Positions 19,509 through 29,859 of a stretch of DNA of 64,000 nucleotides are shown in pieces. The DNA comes from a candidate division WOR-3 bacterium (GTDB taxonomy: Bacteria > Hydrothermota > Hydrothermia > LBFQ01 > DSFT01), in contig JANXBH010000001.1 in assembly GCA_025060695.1 (NCBI GenBank), forward strand, positions 90,730 through 154,729, in the 5' to 3' direction. Each line of letters opens with the position of its first letter. Position 1 is the stretch's first letter. Position numbers and translations under genes: made by a program. The notes beneath the pieces are model-generated. The model had not been told where the DNA came from. It searched no databases and saw only the letters and a list, made by a program, of their open reading frames with translations.

Positions 19509-21461
19509 TTATTTATTAAAGAGTGTTCGTGCTAATCTATTTCTTGCTCTTTTCTTTTCAGCTATAAATCTATATTCATTACTTTTTAAATTATTTCCAA
19601 TTAAGTAATACATAGCGGAAAATGTCCAGTATGCATCGTTTTCAGAAAGCAAAACTGAAACTTTTAATTTTTCCATAGCATCATTCCTTTTATCTAATTT
19701 CCACAAGGCTAATGCCCAAATATGATACATATATCCATTCATATAGCAATTTTTTAAAAGATATCTTGCAACACTGTCTACTTTTTCATATTCCTTCAAG
19801 TCATAAAGAAGACCTATCTGTCTTGCTCTTACATCTTCATTACAAGGCTCTTCGCGTAATATTTCATTTAATCTCTCTGAAAGTTTCTTAAAATCCCTAA
19901 ATTGAACAATTTCTAACTTGGAATAATTATAATGAACTGTCCTAAAGAAATTACTTTCCTTCATGATTTTCAAAAAACATATAAAACTAAAAATTCCAAA
20001 TAGTATTAAAAATAGAATTTCATAAAATTTTTTCTGAATAGCAAATAGAAAACATAAAATAGAAAAAGTCAGCCCTATGAGTATATTTATATTTAAAAGT
20101 AGTGAAACTATAACGAAAGACAATGATGCCAAAATTCCCTGAACGTATTTTCCAAAGCTTCCAAACATGGTATAAGCGGTAAATATATTACCTCTTTTAT
20201 CACCTTCTACATCGGACATATCCTTTAGACCAAATCCCAAGCTAATACCAAATAAAATAGAAAGTACCAATTTTTCATTCAATATTAAAATAGGATTTTC
20301 TTTATAAAAATAACCTATAGCTAAAACTACACTCATTAGAGCAATAAAGCTTAAGTTTAGTGTTGAAATTATCCAAAACCTCTTTAATCTAACAGGTTCA
20401 ATAGAATACAGAATAGAGGAAGAAAGAATTACTAAAATTATAACAAAAATACTATATGACGTAGAAAGTGCAATTGATAAATTGAGAATAGTAAGAATAG
20501 AAATATATCCAAAAAATTCGTTTTCTTTTAGTATACCTTCATTGAATACATTTCTTTTTTGGTTTATTTTATCTATTTCCCTATCAAAGTAGTCATTTAC
20601 TATAAGTGCTATCAAGAATGTTAAAAATAAGCATAATATAATATTAAAAATTCCAAGAAAGTCAAATATATTGGAAAATACAGATTGATAGGTAAATCTT
20701 ACAACTTTTAAACCAATAATAAAACCAAATACTAAAAATGGCAAATAGTATAGAAATTTATAAATTCTCATTTTGAAGATATTTTTTACATGGTGTGGAA
20801 ATAGAAAAATAAGCGATAGAATAATAAAATATAAGTTAATTAAAGCATACCTTTGAGTATCGGTTTCAATCAAGGAAAATGTTTTGAAATATTCTCTTGA
20901 GATAAATGAAGGAAATGAACCTATAACACCTGTAGTAATTAAAAAAATTAATACTATGAAAGTTGATTTTAAGATACTTTTTCCCCATGCAAACGACCAC
21001 AAGAAAATACCTAAAACAGCTACTAATAGTTCAATTCTCATACCAGGACTAAGTGCTCTAAGTTCTACAAATGGATTAAATAAGTTAAAAAGCGAATATA
21101 AAAATTCTTCGAAAGAAAATATATACTGTGGTCTAAAATTTCCTCCAAATATAGCATCAACTATCGGAGGAGTAATGATAATAATAGAAAACGAAAAAAC
21201 TATTTTTATTATATTAATCGTACTTTTGTATGGAAAGAAAAGTTTAATTATTGAAGAAAGTACTAAGTAAACCGCAAAGAAAAATGCATATTGATGTAAA
21301 AATATAAAAAGAGCTGACTTATATTCAATAGGATTAGTTAGCATGCGGTTGTGGTCTACTGCACCTTCAAGAACTCCTCTAATTATCGGAGATAGTAGTG
21401 CAATAACAAGAGCACTTAAAAAACTTGTATTTTCAATATATTCAATAATCTTCTTAATCAT
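19509..21461 (-). CDS. Large membrane protein with UbiA prenyltransferase domain and C-terminal TPR-like region
   Basis: NDYFDREID and KDMSDVEGD Asp-rich motifs; extra N-terminal TM segments. Confidence 0.75.
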   Translation of the reverse strand: MIKKIIEYIENTSFLSALVIALLSPIIRGVLEGAVDHNRMLTNPIEYKSALFIFLHQYAFFFAVYLVLSSIIKLFFPYKSTINIIKIVFSFSIIIITPPIVDAIFGGNFRPQYIFSFEEFLYSLFNLFNPFVELRALSPGMRIELLVAVLGIFLWSFAWGKSILKSTFIVLIFLITTGVIGSFPSFISREYFKTFSLIETDTQRYALINLYFIILSLIFLFPHHVKNIFKMRIYKFLYYLPFLVFGFIIGLKVVRFTYQSVFSNIFDFLGIFNIILCLFLTFLIALIVNDYFDREIDKINQKRNVFNEGILKENEFFGYISILTILNLSIALSTSYSIFVIILVILSSSILYSIEPVRLKRFWIISTLNLSFIALMSVVLAIGYFYKENPILILNEKLVLSILFGISLGFGLKDMSDVEGDKRGNIFTAYTMFGSFGKYVQGILASLSFVIVSLLLNINILIGLTFSILCFLFAIQKKFYEILFLILFGIFSFICFLKIMKESNFFRTVHYNYSKLEIVQFRDFKKLSERLNEILREEPCNEDVRARQIGLLYDLKEYEKVDSVARYLLKNCYMNGYMYHIWALALWKLDKRNDAMEKLKVSVLLSENDAYWTFSAMYYLIGNNLKSNEYRFIAEKKRARNRLARTLFNK

Positions 21462-21463
21462 CT

Positions 21464-21889
21464 CTAAAATCTATAGTCTTTCAATATTATCACTTTATTT
21501 CTTACAACCTTTAGTTTATATGGCTTTTGAGATAGTTTTTTTATAAAGTATTGTCCCTCTATTAAATCTAATACACTATCATTTATCCATACACTACTTG
21601 GCTTTTCAGATATTCCTAAGGCTATCCAATATTTTCCTTGAAAAAATATAAGAAAATAGTTTGCACTTTTACCCTTTTCAAAGTATATTTTACCACTATC
21701 TACCTTCCCATTTTCGTATATAAGTTTATAACTTTTTGAACCTGATATAGCTCTTGTAGATAAAACTAAAGTATCCTTTTCCATTTTATATCCTGAAAAC
21801 TCAAACGATTTTACATTATTCTCAGTCCATATTTTAAGTGTATCTAAAGTTATGTGAAAAACTAAAACACTATCAATCAAAAAACTCAT
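21464..21889 (-). CDS. Hypothetical protein
   Basis: Operon-coupled ORF (ATGA overlap); no motif recognised. Confidence 0.55.
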   Translation of the reverse strand: MSFLIDSVLVFHITLDTLKIWTENNVKSFEFSGYKMEKDTLVLSTRAISGSKSYKLIYENGKVDSGKIYFEKGKSANYFLIFFQGKYWIALGISEKPSSVWINDSVLDLIEGQYFIKKLSQKPYKLKVVRNKVIILKDYRF

Positions 21890-22704
21890 TCTATTGCATC
21901 TTTTAAAAATTTCGGAATTTTAAACACTGCATCGTACATTTCATCATGATAGAATTTCAAATCTTCTATAAAATAATAATTTCTAATTTTAGGATATTCT
22001 AAAGACTGAAAGCTTATAGTAAATGACCAATATCCCCCAGGATAAGTAGGAATTGGTGCGGTATAAATATATGCATTTGAAAATATTTTCTTAAATCTTT
22101 GGTAAATAGTTCTAATTGTATCAATGTGATAGAATGGAGACTCACTTTGCATACAAACTATAGAGTTTTCAAAAACTAACTTTTTCAAATTAAATAGAAA
22201 CTCCTCACTTATCAAACCTTCAGCTATTTTAATAGGGTCAGTAGAGTCTATTAAAATTACATCAAATTTTCTACTTTCATTCTTTACCCATTTAATTGCA
22301 TCCATAATGATAACCTCTACTCTTTTATCATTAAATGAACTTGAAAGTTCGCTAAAGAATTTTTTTGAAACTTCAATAACTTTCTCATCTATCTCTACAA
22401 GCAAAACCTTATTAATAGGATATTTCAAAACTTCCCTCAGTGTACCACCATCACCCCCTCCTATTATAAGGATATTCTTAGGATTAGGATGTGACCTTAG
22501 TGATACATGCGCTAACATTTCATGATATATAAATTCATCTTTTGTAGTAGTCATAACAAGATTGTCTAATACTAAAACTTTACCAAAAAATTCATTTTCA
22601 AAAACTAATATTTCCTGATACTTACTTCTTTCACTATGAAGTATTTTATTTACTTTAAGATATAAACCTGATGAATTTGAATGATGCTCTATAAAACTGT
22701 CCAT
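21886..22704 (-). CDS. speE: Polyamine aminopropyltransferase
   Basis: YHEMLAH, IIGGGDGGTLRE, DSTDP, PTYPGGYW. Confidence 0.92.
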   Translation of the reverse strand: MDSFIEHHSNSSGLYLKVNKILHSERSKYQEILVFENEFFGKVLVLDNLVMTTTKDEFIYHEMLAHVSLRSHPNPKNILIIGGGDGGTLREVLKYPINKVLLVEIDEKVIEVSKKFFSELSSSFNDKRVEVIIMDAIKWVKNESRKFDVILIDSTDPIKIAEGLISEEFLFNLKKLVFENSIVCMQSESPFYHIDTIRTIYQRFKKIFSNAYIYTAPIPTYPGGYWSFTISFQSLEYPKIRNYYFIEDLKFYHDEMYDAVFKIPKFLKDAIE

Positions 22705-23178
22705 TTAGAATATTGCAACTCCTGAAAAAACACAGGTCGGTCCATCAACAATAGCGGAAGAAGACTTAATTTCAATAAAGTCTATATCTATTTTTCTCCT
22801 TTGCATGGCTTCAATTGCCATATCGTATGCTAATTTTCTTGCCTCTTCTTCATTAAAATAACCACTTACTTCCATAATTACTCCTACACTCTGTCTATTT
22901 TTTGGAATAGCAACTGAAACCGCACATGAAATTACCCTCCCATACTCATTAGATATTAAATATCCATATGCAATAGGAAGAATTGAACCTTCTTTTAAAT
23001 CAATACTATCTACAATCTCTATATTAGGAGGAACTATACTTGAAACTTTTATAAGATTATAATTTCCTACACCTGCAGATATTAAAGCATCATCAAATGC
23101 ATTTAATAAAGTCTTTCCTCTTCCTATACCTGAGCAAAGATATATTCTTTTAAGCTCGCCAAATAAAGGGAACATCAT
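22705..23178 (-). CDS. pdaD: Pyruvoyl-dependent arginine decarboxylase
   Basis: AFDDAL..AGVGNYNLIKVSSIVPP (Ser-Ser autocleavage site). Confidence 0.88.
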   Translation of the reverse strand: MMFPLFGELKRIYLCSGIGRGKTLLNAFDDALISAGVGNYNLIKVSSIVPPNIEIVDSIDLKEGSILPIAYGYLISNEYGRVISCAVSVAIPKNRQSVGVIMEVSGYFNEEEARKLAYDMAIEAMQRRKIDIDFIEIKSSSAIVDGPTCVFSGVAIF

Positions 23179-24058
23179 CTTTTATAACTATACCTTTTTC
23201 CTCAGCAGCATTTCTTAAATATTTCGGTATAGCAAAAACTGCACTTTGAACAGCAGGATAGTAGTATTTAAATTGATTCTGAATTGACTTAAATCTTTCA
23301 TTTATAGATGAAAAACTAATATTTTCTGGATCTCTTGATTTACTTGCAATTACAAAAGCCCAAGGTAGTTGAAACGAGAACATAAAGGTCCAATATATTT
23401 TAACTATGGGAAATATTGTTTTCAATGTTTTTACTAAGCTTGCTGCAAAATTAGGATATAACGGATCTGCACTACCTGCTTGAGCAACAAATATACCATC
23501 CGAATTTAGTTTATTATACAGAATACTATAAAACTCCTTTGTAAACAACTTTATAGACGGTCCTTGCTCGATAGGTTCTGTTAAATCAGATATAATAACA
23601 TCATATATAATGCTTGTTTCTTCAACAAATCTTCTTGCATCTGTGTAGTATATTCTTGATTTTGGATTTTCAAATGCACCTTCACTCCACTCAGGTAAAT
23701 ATTCTTTACATAAATTTACTAACTCTTCATCTATATCTACCATGTAAGCTTCTTTTACACTTTCATGTTTTAAAACTTCCCTTAATGTCGCACCCTCACC
23801 TCCTCCCATAATTAAAACTCTTTTTGGGCTTGGATGTGAAAACATGGCTATATGTGTAAGTGCTTCATGATAAATATATTCGTCAACTTGTGCGGACTGA
23901 ATTTTATCATCTAAAAACAATGTTTTTCCGAAAGGCTCAACATCCAAAATCTCTACTTTTTGGTATTTAGTTCTACCACTGTAAATAATTTTTTTAATTT
24001 TATAAGAGAATAACAGGCTATCAGTATGTTTCTCTACAAACCACATTCCTCCAAGCAT
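23150..24058 (-). CDS. speE: Second polyamine aminopropyltransferase (GGGEG type)
   Basis: QSAQVDEYIYHEAL, MGGGEGATLRE, DLTEP; -10 box at 24067-24072. Confidence 0.9.
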   Translation of the reverse strand: MLGGMWFVEKHTDSLLFSYKIKKIIYSGRTKYQKVEILDVEPFGKTLFLDDKIQSAQVDEYIYHEALTHIAMFSHPSPKRVLIMGGGEGATLREVLKHESVKEAYMVDIDEELVNLCKEYLPEWSEGAFENPKSRIYYTDARRFVEETSIIYDVIISDLTEPIEQGPSIKLFTKEFYSILYNKLNSDGIFVAQAGSADPLYPNFAASLVKTLKTIFPIVKIYWTFMFSFQLPWAFVIASKSRDPENISFSSINERFKSIQNQFKYYYPAVQSAVFAIPKYLRNAAEEKGIVIKDDVPFIWRA

Positions 24059-24082
24059 AGTTTAAAATTTTAAAGTTAAGTG

Positions 24083-24364
24083 TTAAAACCAAGAAATTCT
24101 ATGCTGAGTAATTTCAAATCTTCTATCTTCTTCTAAAAATTTTAGAATTTCTAAAAGCTGACTATTTATATAATTAACATTGCTATTAAGACATGCAAAT
24201 CCAAGCTTACTTCTTTGCCAAGCATCATAATAATCTAATTCTGCAACAGAAACATTGAATTTTGACTTCACTTTATCTTTAATACTTTTGACAATATGTC
24301 TTTTTTCTTTAATTGATCTACTATAAGGTATAAATACTTCAACTTCAAGAACACCTACTATCAT
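24083..24364 (-). CDS. DUF503 (YlxP-like) protein
   Basis: SIKEKR..KFNVSVAE..D.WQ; follows infB. Confidence 0.88.
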   Translation of the reverse strand: MIVGVLEVEVFIPYSRSIKEKRHIVKSIKDKVKSKFNVSVAELDYYDAWQRSKLGFACLNSNVNYINSQLLEILKFLEEDRRFEITQHRISWF

Positions 24365-26469
24365 TCCAATTTAGGCAAAATCTTAACTACTTTGTAAACT
24401 TCAATAATATCCCCCTCTTTATAATCATTCCAATTAGTTAATCTTATACCGCATTCCATACCAGCACTTACTTCTTCTACATCAGTTTGAAAGTGTCTCA
24501 AGCTTTCAATTTTGCCTTCATATACTGCATTTCCATCTCTTAGTAATCTTACTTTATCTGCACTCTTTAAGACTTTACCTTCTAATGCATAACAACCTGC
24601 AACTTTTCCATACTTTGTCTTGAAAACCGCTTTTATTTCAAGCTTACCTAATAGTTCTTCTTTATACTCAGGTTCTAAAATACCTTGCATGAATTTAGTT
24701 AGGTCCTCAAGTAAGTGATATATAATTTTATGAACTTTTATTGGAACTTTCTTTGCATCTGCATAGGACTTTGCTCTGCTATCTATTTTTACTGAAAATC
24801 CAAGAACTACTCCTTCACTTGCCTCAGCTAACATTACATCACTTTCAGTTATATCACCTATTCCACTATGAACTATTATAGGTTTAATCTTTTCAAATTC
24901 CATCTTCAATACGCTATCCTTGATTGCTTCAAGTGTCCCATAGTTATCAGCTTTTAGAACAATTGCTAATTCCTTTTTCTCTCCTAATAGTATTTTTTCT
25001 TTTATTTTACTTGCTATTGATTCCATTTCACCTCTTGCAAGTTGAGCTTTTAGTGCTTTTCTTCTTTCTTCTACTATTTTTCTTGCTTCATTTATATCTT
25101 CAACAATCTCAAATTTATCACCTGCTCTTGGTAATTCTTCAAAACCTTGAACAAGAACAGGGTCGGATGGATATGCATTACTTAATTTTTCACCTCGGTC
25201 ATTGTATATTGCTCTAATTTTTGCATATGTATAACCAGCTACTACAATGTCCCCAGATTTTAAAACACCTCTTTGGACTATTAAAGTTGCAACTGGTCCC
25301 TTACCTTTATCCATTTTAGACTCTAAAACTATTCCTTTTGCAGTCCCCTTTATACTTGTCTTTAAATCCAACTCCTCACTCACAATTAATATTGCTTCCA
25401 ATAGGTCGTTTATTCCAATACCTTTATACGCAGAAACAGGAACAAATATTGTGCTCCCTCCCCAATCATCAGGTATTAAATTGTATTCTGAAAGCTGCCT
25501 TTTTACCATGTCAATATTTGCATCAGGAAGATCAATTTTGGTTATTGCAACTATGATTTTAACTCCTGCAGCTTTTGCATGATTTAGTGCCTCAATAGTT
25601 TGCTCCTTCACCCCTTCTCTCCCATCTACTACTAATATTACAATATCAGTAATTTGTGCTCCTCTTGCACGCATTGCTGTAAATGCTTCATGACCAGGGG
25701 TATCAATAAAAGTAATCTTTTTATTATTATAAACTACTTGATATGCACCAATCCTTTGAGTTATTCTACCTTCTTCTTTCTCAGCAATATTGGTATTTCT
25801 TATTTTATCAAGTAATGTAGTCTTTCCATGGTCAACATGTCCCATGATTGTAACTATAGGAGGCCTAATATAGTCATATTCAACTTCTTCCTTTACTTTT
25901 TCTTCTATTATTTCTTTCCTAACTACTTGAAAGCCAAAGTTTTCAGCCAATAACTCAATAACATCAAAAGGTAATGTTTGATTTATAGTTGCAATATATC
26001 CTATATCCATTAGGGTTTTTATAACCTCAGAAGGAGATAATCCTGCTATAGTAGAAAATTCTCCAACAGTCAAAGGACCTGGTATTTCTATAATTTTTCT
26101 CTCTAATACTTGCTCTTCTTTTATTAACTTCTTTGGCTTTAATTTTTGCTTTACGTGCTTTTTTATTGGCCTTTCCTCTTTAGTTATTTCTTCTCTTTTT
26201 TCCTGCCTTTGTTGTAGCCTCCTTGGAACTTTTTTTCTGGGAACTTCTAATTTTTGATATATCTCCTTTTTCTTCTCTATGTCCTTTTGAACTTCCTGTT
26301 TTTCCTTTTCTAATATTTTTCTCAAATAATCCTCCATTTCCTTATTTACTTTACTAAAACCAGATTTTACTTCATACCCTGCATCTTTAAGTAGTTCGAC
26401 TGCAGTCTTTACAGAAATACCTAAATCTTTAGCCAACTCTTTAAGTTGAACTGGTCCCTTTTTATTCAT
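24361..26469 (-). CDS. infB: Translation initiation factor IF-2
   Basis: GHVDHGKT, DTPGHEAF, GMECGI. Confidence 0.97.
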   Translation of the reverse strand: MNKKGPVQLKELAKDLGISVKTAVELLKDAGYEVKSGFSKVNKEMEDYLRKILEKEKQEVQKDIEKKKEIYQKLEVPRKKVPRRLQQRQEKREEITKEERPIKKHVKQKLKPKKLIKEEQVLERKIIEIPGPLTVGEFSTIAGLSPSEVIKTLMDIGYIATINQTLPFDVIELLAENFGFQVVRKEIIEEKVKEEVEYDYIRPPIVTIMGHVDHGKTTLLDKIRNTNIAEKEEGRITQRIGAYQVVYNNKKITFIDTPGHEAFTAMRARGAQITDIVILVVDGREGVKEQTIEALNHAKAAGVKIIVAITKIDLPDANIDMVKRQLSEYNLIPDDWGGSTIFVPVSAYKGIGINDLLEAILIVSEELDLKTSIKGTAKGIVLESKMDKGKGPVATLIVQRGVLKSGDIVVAGYTYAKIRAIYNDRGEKLSNAYPSDPVLVQGFEELPRAGDKFEIVEDINEARKIVEERRKALKAQLARGEMESIASKIKEKILLGEKKELAIVLKADNYGTLEAIKDSVLKMEFEKIKPIIVHSGIGDITESDVMLAEASEGVVLGFSVKIDSRAKSYADAKKVPIKVHKIIYHLLEDLTKFMQGILEPEYKEELLGKLEIKAVFKTKYGKVAGCYALEGKVLKSADKVRLLRDGNAVYEGKIESLRHFQTDVEEVSAGMECGIRLTNWNDYKEGDIIEVYKVVKILPKLE

Positions 26470-27676
26470 TTAGTTTCTCCTCTATAAATTCTATAAGTTT
26501 TAACGAGGTTTTTTCATCAAGACCTATATTATATAAACTTGCTAAGGTTGGTTCCTCGTTAAATGAATAAAAACCATGCTTCCTTAAAATTTCTAAGACA
26601 GTAGGAGGAAAGCTTTTTTGTATTTCTAGTAATGTTACTATACCCTTTGGCTTTATATATTCTGAATAAGCTAATATAACTATGTCTTTTCCAATGAGTT
26701 TAGATGCAAGTATCACATTATAACCCTCTACCCCTTTTGTCTCTCCAACATGCTCGTCTTCTACTACTATATAAATTTTATCCTCAATTCTATATGCGGT
26801 TAAAACATATGGACTTTGAATAGCATTAACTGCAAACTTTATTAAATCATTATCCCACTTTACAATATCAACTTTTTCCCCACCAAGCTCCTTTTGAATT
26901 GGATTAAGTCTAGTTCCCTTGCTTCCTATGACTGTTCCTATAGGGTCTAATTTTAGCTCTCTTGAAAATACCGCTACTTTTGATCTTTTTCCGGGTATTC
27001 TTGCAACTTGCTTTATCTCAACAGTCCCATCCATAATTTCAGGTATCTCCCTTTCTAATAGTTTTTTTAGGAAATCAGGATGGGTTCTTGAAAGCAAAAT
27101 ATAGTTCTCCTTGTCATCAATACCAGTAATAACTGCAAGTTTCTTTTCACCCTGTTTAATCTTTTCAAACTCTCCTGGCAATAGTTCTGAAAAAGGTAAT
27201 TTACCCTCAGCATCTACTCTCTCTATTGCTAAAATTACCGAGTTCTCCTTCTTTATAATTCTCTGAACCTCGCCTCTTACAATCTCTCCAATTTTCTTAG
27301 AAAATTCCTTTACGATTATTTGTCTTTCCTTGTCTTTTAATCTCTGAGTAAATTTATTCATTATTTTATAAACTACTGCTCTTGGTAATTGTTCTATGGA
27401 AATTGGAACTCTTACCTCCGCTCCTTCTATTGCTTGACTGTCGTACTTTTTTGCATCTTGGATACTTATTTCGTTTGATGGTTCTTTAACCCTCTTTACT
27501 ACTTTCTTAGGCACCACCACTGTCCACTTATTATCCAGCTGAATTTCTACATTAGTTCTATAATAACTAGATGCAGCTTCAATTATAACACTTTTAAGAG
27601 TATTAATTATTTCTTCCCTATCTAAGTTTTTCGTTCTTACAAGCTGCTCTATCTTTTCTTCAAATTCCCTTGTCAT
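26462..27676 (-). CDS. nusA: Transcription factor NusA
   Basis: S1 and KH domains, LSRTHP..EIPEI..ARIPGKRSKVAV. Confidence 0.95.
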   Translation of the reverse strand: MTREFEEKIEQLVRTKNLDREEIINTLKSVIIEAASSYYRTNVEIQLDNKWTVVVPKKVVKRVKEPSNEISIQDAKKYDSQAIEGAEVRVPISIEQLPRAVVYKIMNKFTQRLKDKERQIIVKEFSKKIGEIVRGEVQRIIKKENSVILAIERVDAEGKLPFSELLPGEFEKIKQGEKKLAVITGIDDKENYILLSRTHPDFLKKLLEREIPEIMDGTVEIKQVARIPGKRSKVAVFSRELKLDPIGTVIGSKGTRLNPIQKELGGEKVDIVKWDNDLIKFAVNAIQSPYVLTAYRIEDKIYIVVEDEHVGETKGVEGYNVILASKLIGKDIVILAYSEYIKPKGIVTLLEIQKSFPPTVLEILRKHGFYSFNEEPTLASLYNIGLDEKTSLKLIEFIEEKLNE

Positions 27677-27679
27677 AGC

Positions 27680-28105
27680 TCATACCTCATCCAGTTTTAT
27701 TTTAGATATCTCAGATCTTTTGTATACTTTACCCGATACAACTACTTCATTTTCGTTAAATTGTTCCAATCTCCCACCAAAAGTGGCACCATTTTTTAAA
27801 AATAGTTTAACTTTCTTAGATACTGCCCATCTAAGTTCTCTGTCTTTATTTAATTCCCTGTCAAGACCGGGAGATGAAACTTCCAATACATACCTTTCTT
27901 CTATTATATTTTCAGCATCAAGTATAAGAGATATTTCTCTACTAAGTTTTTCTATTTCTTTTATAGTAATGCCACCATCTAAGCGATCTACGAATATTTT
28001 TAAAATGCCATACTTGCCACCTTTGTATTCAATATCCACTAAAACATAACCATATGCATCTATAATTGGTTTAATAGCTTTTTCTACTTCCAATTCAACT
28101 TGCAT
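27680..28105 (-). CDS. rimP: Ribosome maturation factor RimP
   Basis: YVLEVSSPGLDR; -10 box at 28115-28120. Confidence 0.95.
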   Translation of the reverse strand: MQVELEVEKAIKPIIDAYGYVLVDIEYKGGKYGILKIFVDRLDGGITIKEIEKLSREISLILDAENIIEERYVLEVSSPGLDRELNKDRELRWAVSKKVKLFLKNGATFGGRLEQFNENEVVVSGKVYKRSEISKIKLDEV

Positions 28106-28129
28106 AACTTGAAAATTTTAAAGGTTTTA

Positions 28130-29587
28130 CTAAATTTCCCAAAAGCTAACTTTGTGCTTCCAAGAATGAGTCTTTTGTGTTTGCTGTATTGTTTTTTTAT
28201 TTAAATTTATAGAATTTGCAATATCTAAAAGGATTTTCGTTGGCTTCTTTTGAGAATATTTAAACTCTTCAACAAACTTAGTTGTATAGTTAGCACTTTT
28301 AAAATCTTCACTACTAAAGATTTCTATTAGATAATCAATATTAGTTTGAACTCCAAAAATTCTATATTCCTTTAATGCACATATAATTCTACTTATTGCC
28401 TCATTTCTATTATTTCCATATACTATAAGTTTGCTAATCATTGGATCGTAATATACTGGAATTTCATAACCCAAATATACTCCACTGTCTACTCTTATGT
28501 ATGGTCCCGCTGGTTCAATTAGAAATTCTATTTTTCCGGGACTTGGAATAAAGCCATTCATTGGATCTTCCGCATAAATTCTTGCTTCAATTGAATAACC
28601 TCTTGGAGTTATATTCTTTAAATAACTAATATCTTCCCCATTTGCAATTTTTATTTGTATTTCAACAAGGTCTATATTATATCTCCACTCAGTTATAGGA
28701 TGTTCTACTTGAAGTCTTGTGTTCATTTCTAAAAAGTAGAAGTTTTTGTTTTCATCAAATATAAACTCAACTGTCCCTACATTTTCATAATTTATAGCTC
28801 TTGCAAAATTTATTGCACTTTCAAACAGTTTCTCTCTTATTCTATCATCAATATATGGACTTGGTGATTCTTCTATAATCTTTTGGTGTCTTCTTTGAAT
28901 AGAACACTCCCTTTCTCCAAGTGCTAATACATTTTTATATTTATCAGCAACTATTTGAACTTCAATGTGTCTCGGTTTTGATATGTATTTTTCAAAATAG
29001 ATAGTTCCATCGCCAAATGCACTTTCCGCTTCTTTACTTGCTAACTCATATTTTTCCAAAAGTTCGTCCTTGTTATATACTATTCTCATACCCTTACCAC
29101 CACCACCCTTTGCTGCCTTTATCATAAGTGGAAATCCTATTTCCCTTGCATATTTTTCCGCATCATTAAAATTATTTATACCAGGAGAACTTGGCAATAT
29201 TGGAACATTTACTTTTTTTGCAATTTCCTTTGACATAATCTTATCACCTGCAAGTAATATACTCTCTATAGAAGGTCCTATGAATATTAATCCTGCTTCT
29301 TTTACTTTTTTTGCAAATTCAGGATTTTCCGATAAAAATCCATATCCGGGATGAATGGCATTAGAATTGGACTTTATTGCAATCTCTATAATTTTGTCCA
29401 TATTCAAATAACTCTTAATACTTTCAGGAGGTCCAATATAGTATGCTTCATCACTTAAAAGGACATGTAAGGAATTTTTGTCAGCATCTGAATATATAGA
29501 ACAATAAGGAATAGATAATCTCTTTAAGGTTCTAGCTATTCTTAAGGCTATTTCACCCCTATTTGCTATAAGGACCTTTTTTATCAT
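28130..29587 (-). CDS. Biotin carboxylase subunit (acyl-CoA carboxylase alpha)
   Basis: ANRGEIA, HPGYGFLSEN, GGGGKGM, EMNTRLQVEHP. Confidence 0.95.
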   Translation of the reverse strand: MIKKVLIANRGEIALRIARTLKRLSIPYCSIYSDADKNSLHVLLSDEAYYIGPPESIKSYLNMDKIIEIAIKSNSNAIHPGYGFLSENPEFAKKVKEAGLIFIGPSIESILLAGDKIMSKEIAKKVNVPILPSSPGINNFNDAEKYAREIGFPLMIKAAKGGGGKGMRIVYNKDELLEKYELASKEAESAFGDGTIYFEKYISKPRHIEVQIVADKYKNVLALGERECSIQRRHQKIIEESPSPYIDDRIREKLFESAINFARAINYENVGTVEFIFDENKNFYFLEMNTRLQVEHPITEWRYNIDLVEIQIKIANGEDISYLKNITPRGYSIEARIYAEDPMNGFIPSPGKIEFLIEPAGPYIRVDSGVYLGYEIPVYYDPMISKLIVYGNNRNEAISRIICALKEYRIFGVQTNIDYLIEIFSSEDFKSANYTTKFVEEFKYSQKKPTKILLDIANSINLNKKTIQQTQKTHSWKHKVSFWEI

Positions 29588-29823
29588 TTTTTTAAAAATA
29601 AAATAATTAATGTGGCTAAAAATATAACTATGTTTAATATGGTAAGAAAAACTATTGCTGCAGATATATTTTTTATCATTGATATATCTTTCATAAGATT
29701 ATCACTTGTTTTGTGATAGTCCTGGACTGTTCGCTTGATGTCTATCCACATATCTTCTACTTCCTTTAAAACCAAATACAATGTTCTTAAATCATCTTTT
29801 TCTTTGTTTGGTTCGTTTTCCAC
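29584..29823 (-). CDS. Small hypothetical protein with C-terminal TM helix
   Basis: GTG 7 nt after a -10 box; ATGA-coupled to the biotin carboxylase. Confidence 0.65.
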   Translation of the reverse strand: MENEPNKEKDDLRTLYLVLKEVEDMWIDIKRTVQDYHKTSDNLMKDISMIKNISAAIVFLTILNIVIFLATLIILFLKK

Positions 29824-29830
29824 AAATGAA

Positions 29831-29851
29831 ATTTTAAAGCAACCTTAAAAT
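29831..29851. promoter_or_regulatory. Divergent -10 boxes
   Basis: Minus box 29831-29836 (7 nt to GTG 29823); plus box 29846-29851 (8 nt to ATG 29860). Confidence 0.75.
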
Positions 29852-29859
29852 TTTGAAAT

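Noticed and set aside
24059-24083. Absence of rbfA/truB after infB-DUF503
   Set aside because: Operon rearrangement is common and the genes may lie outside this window
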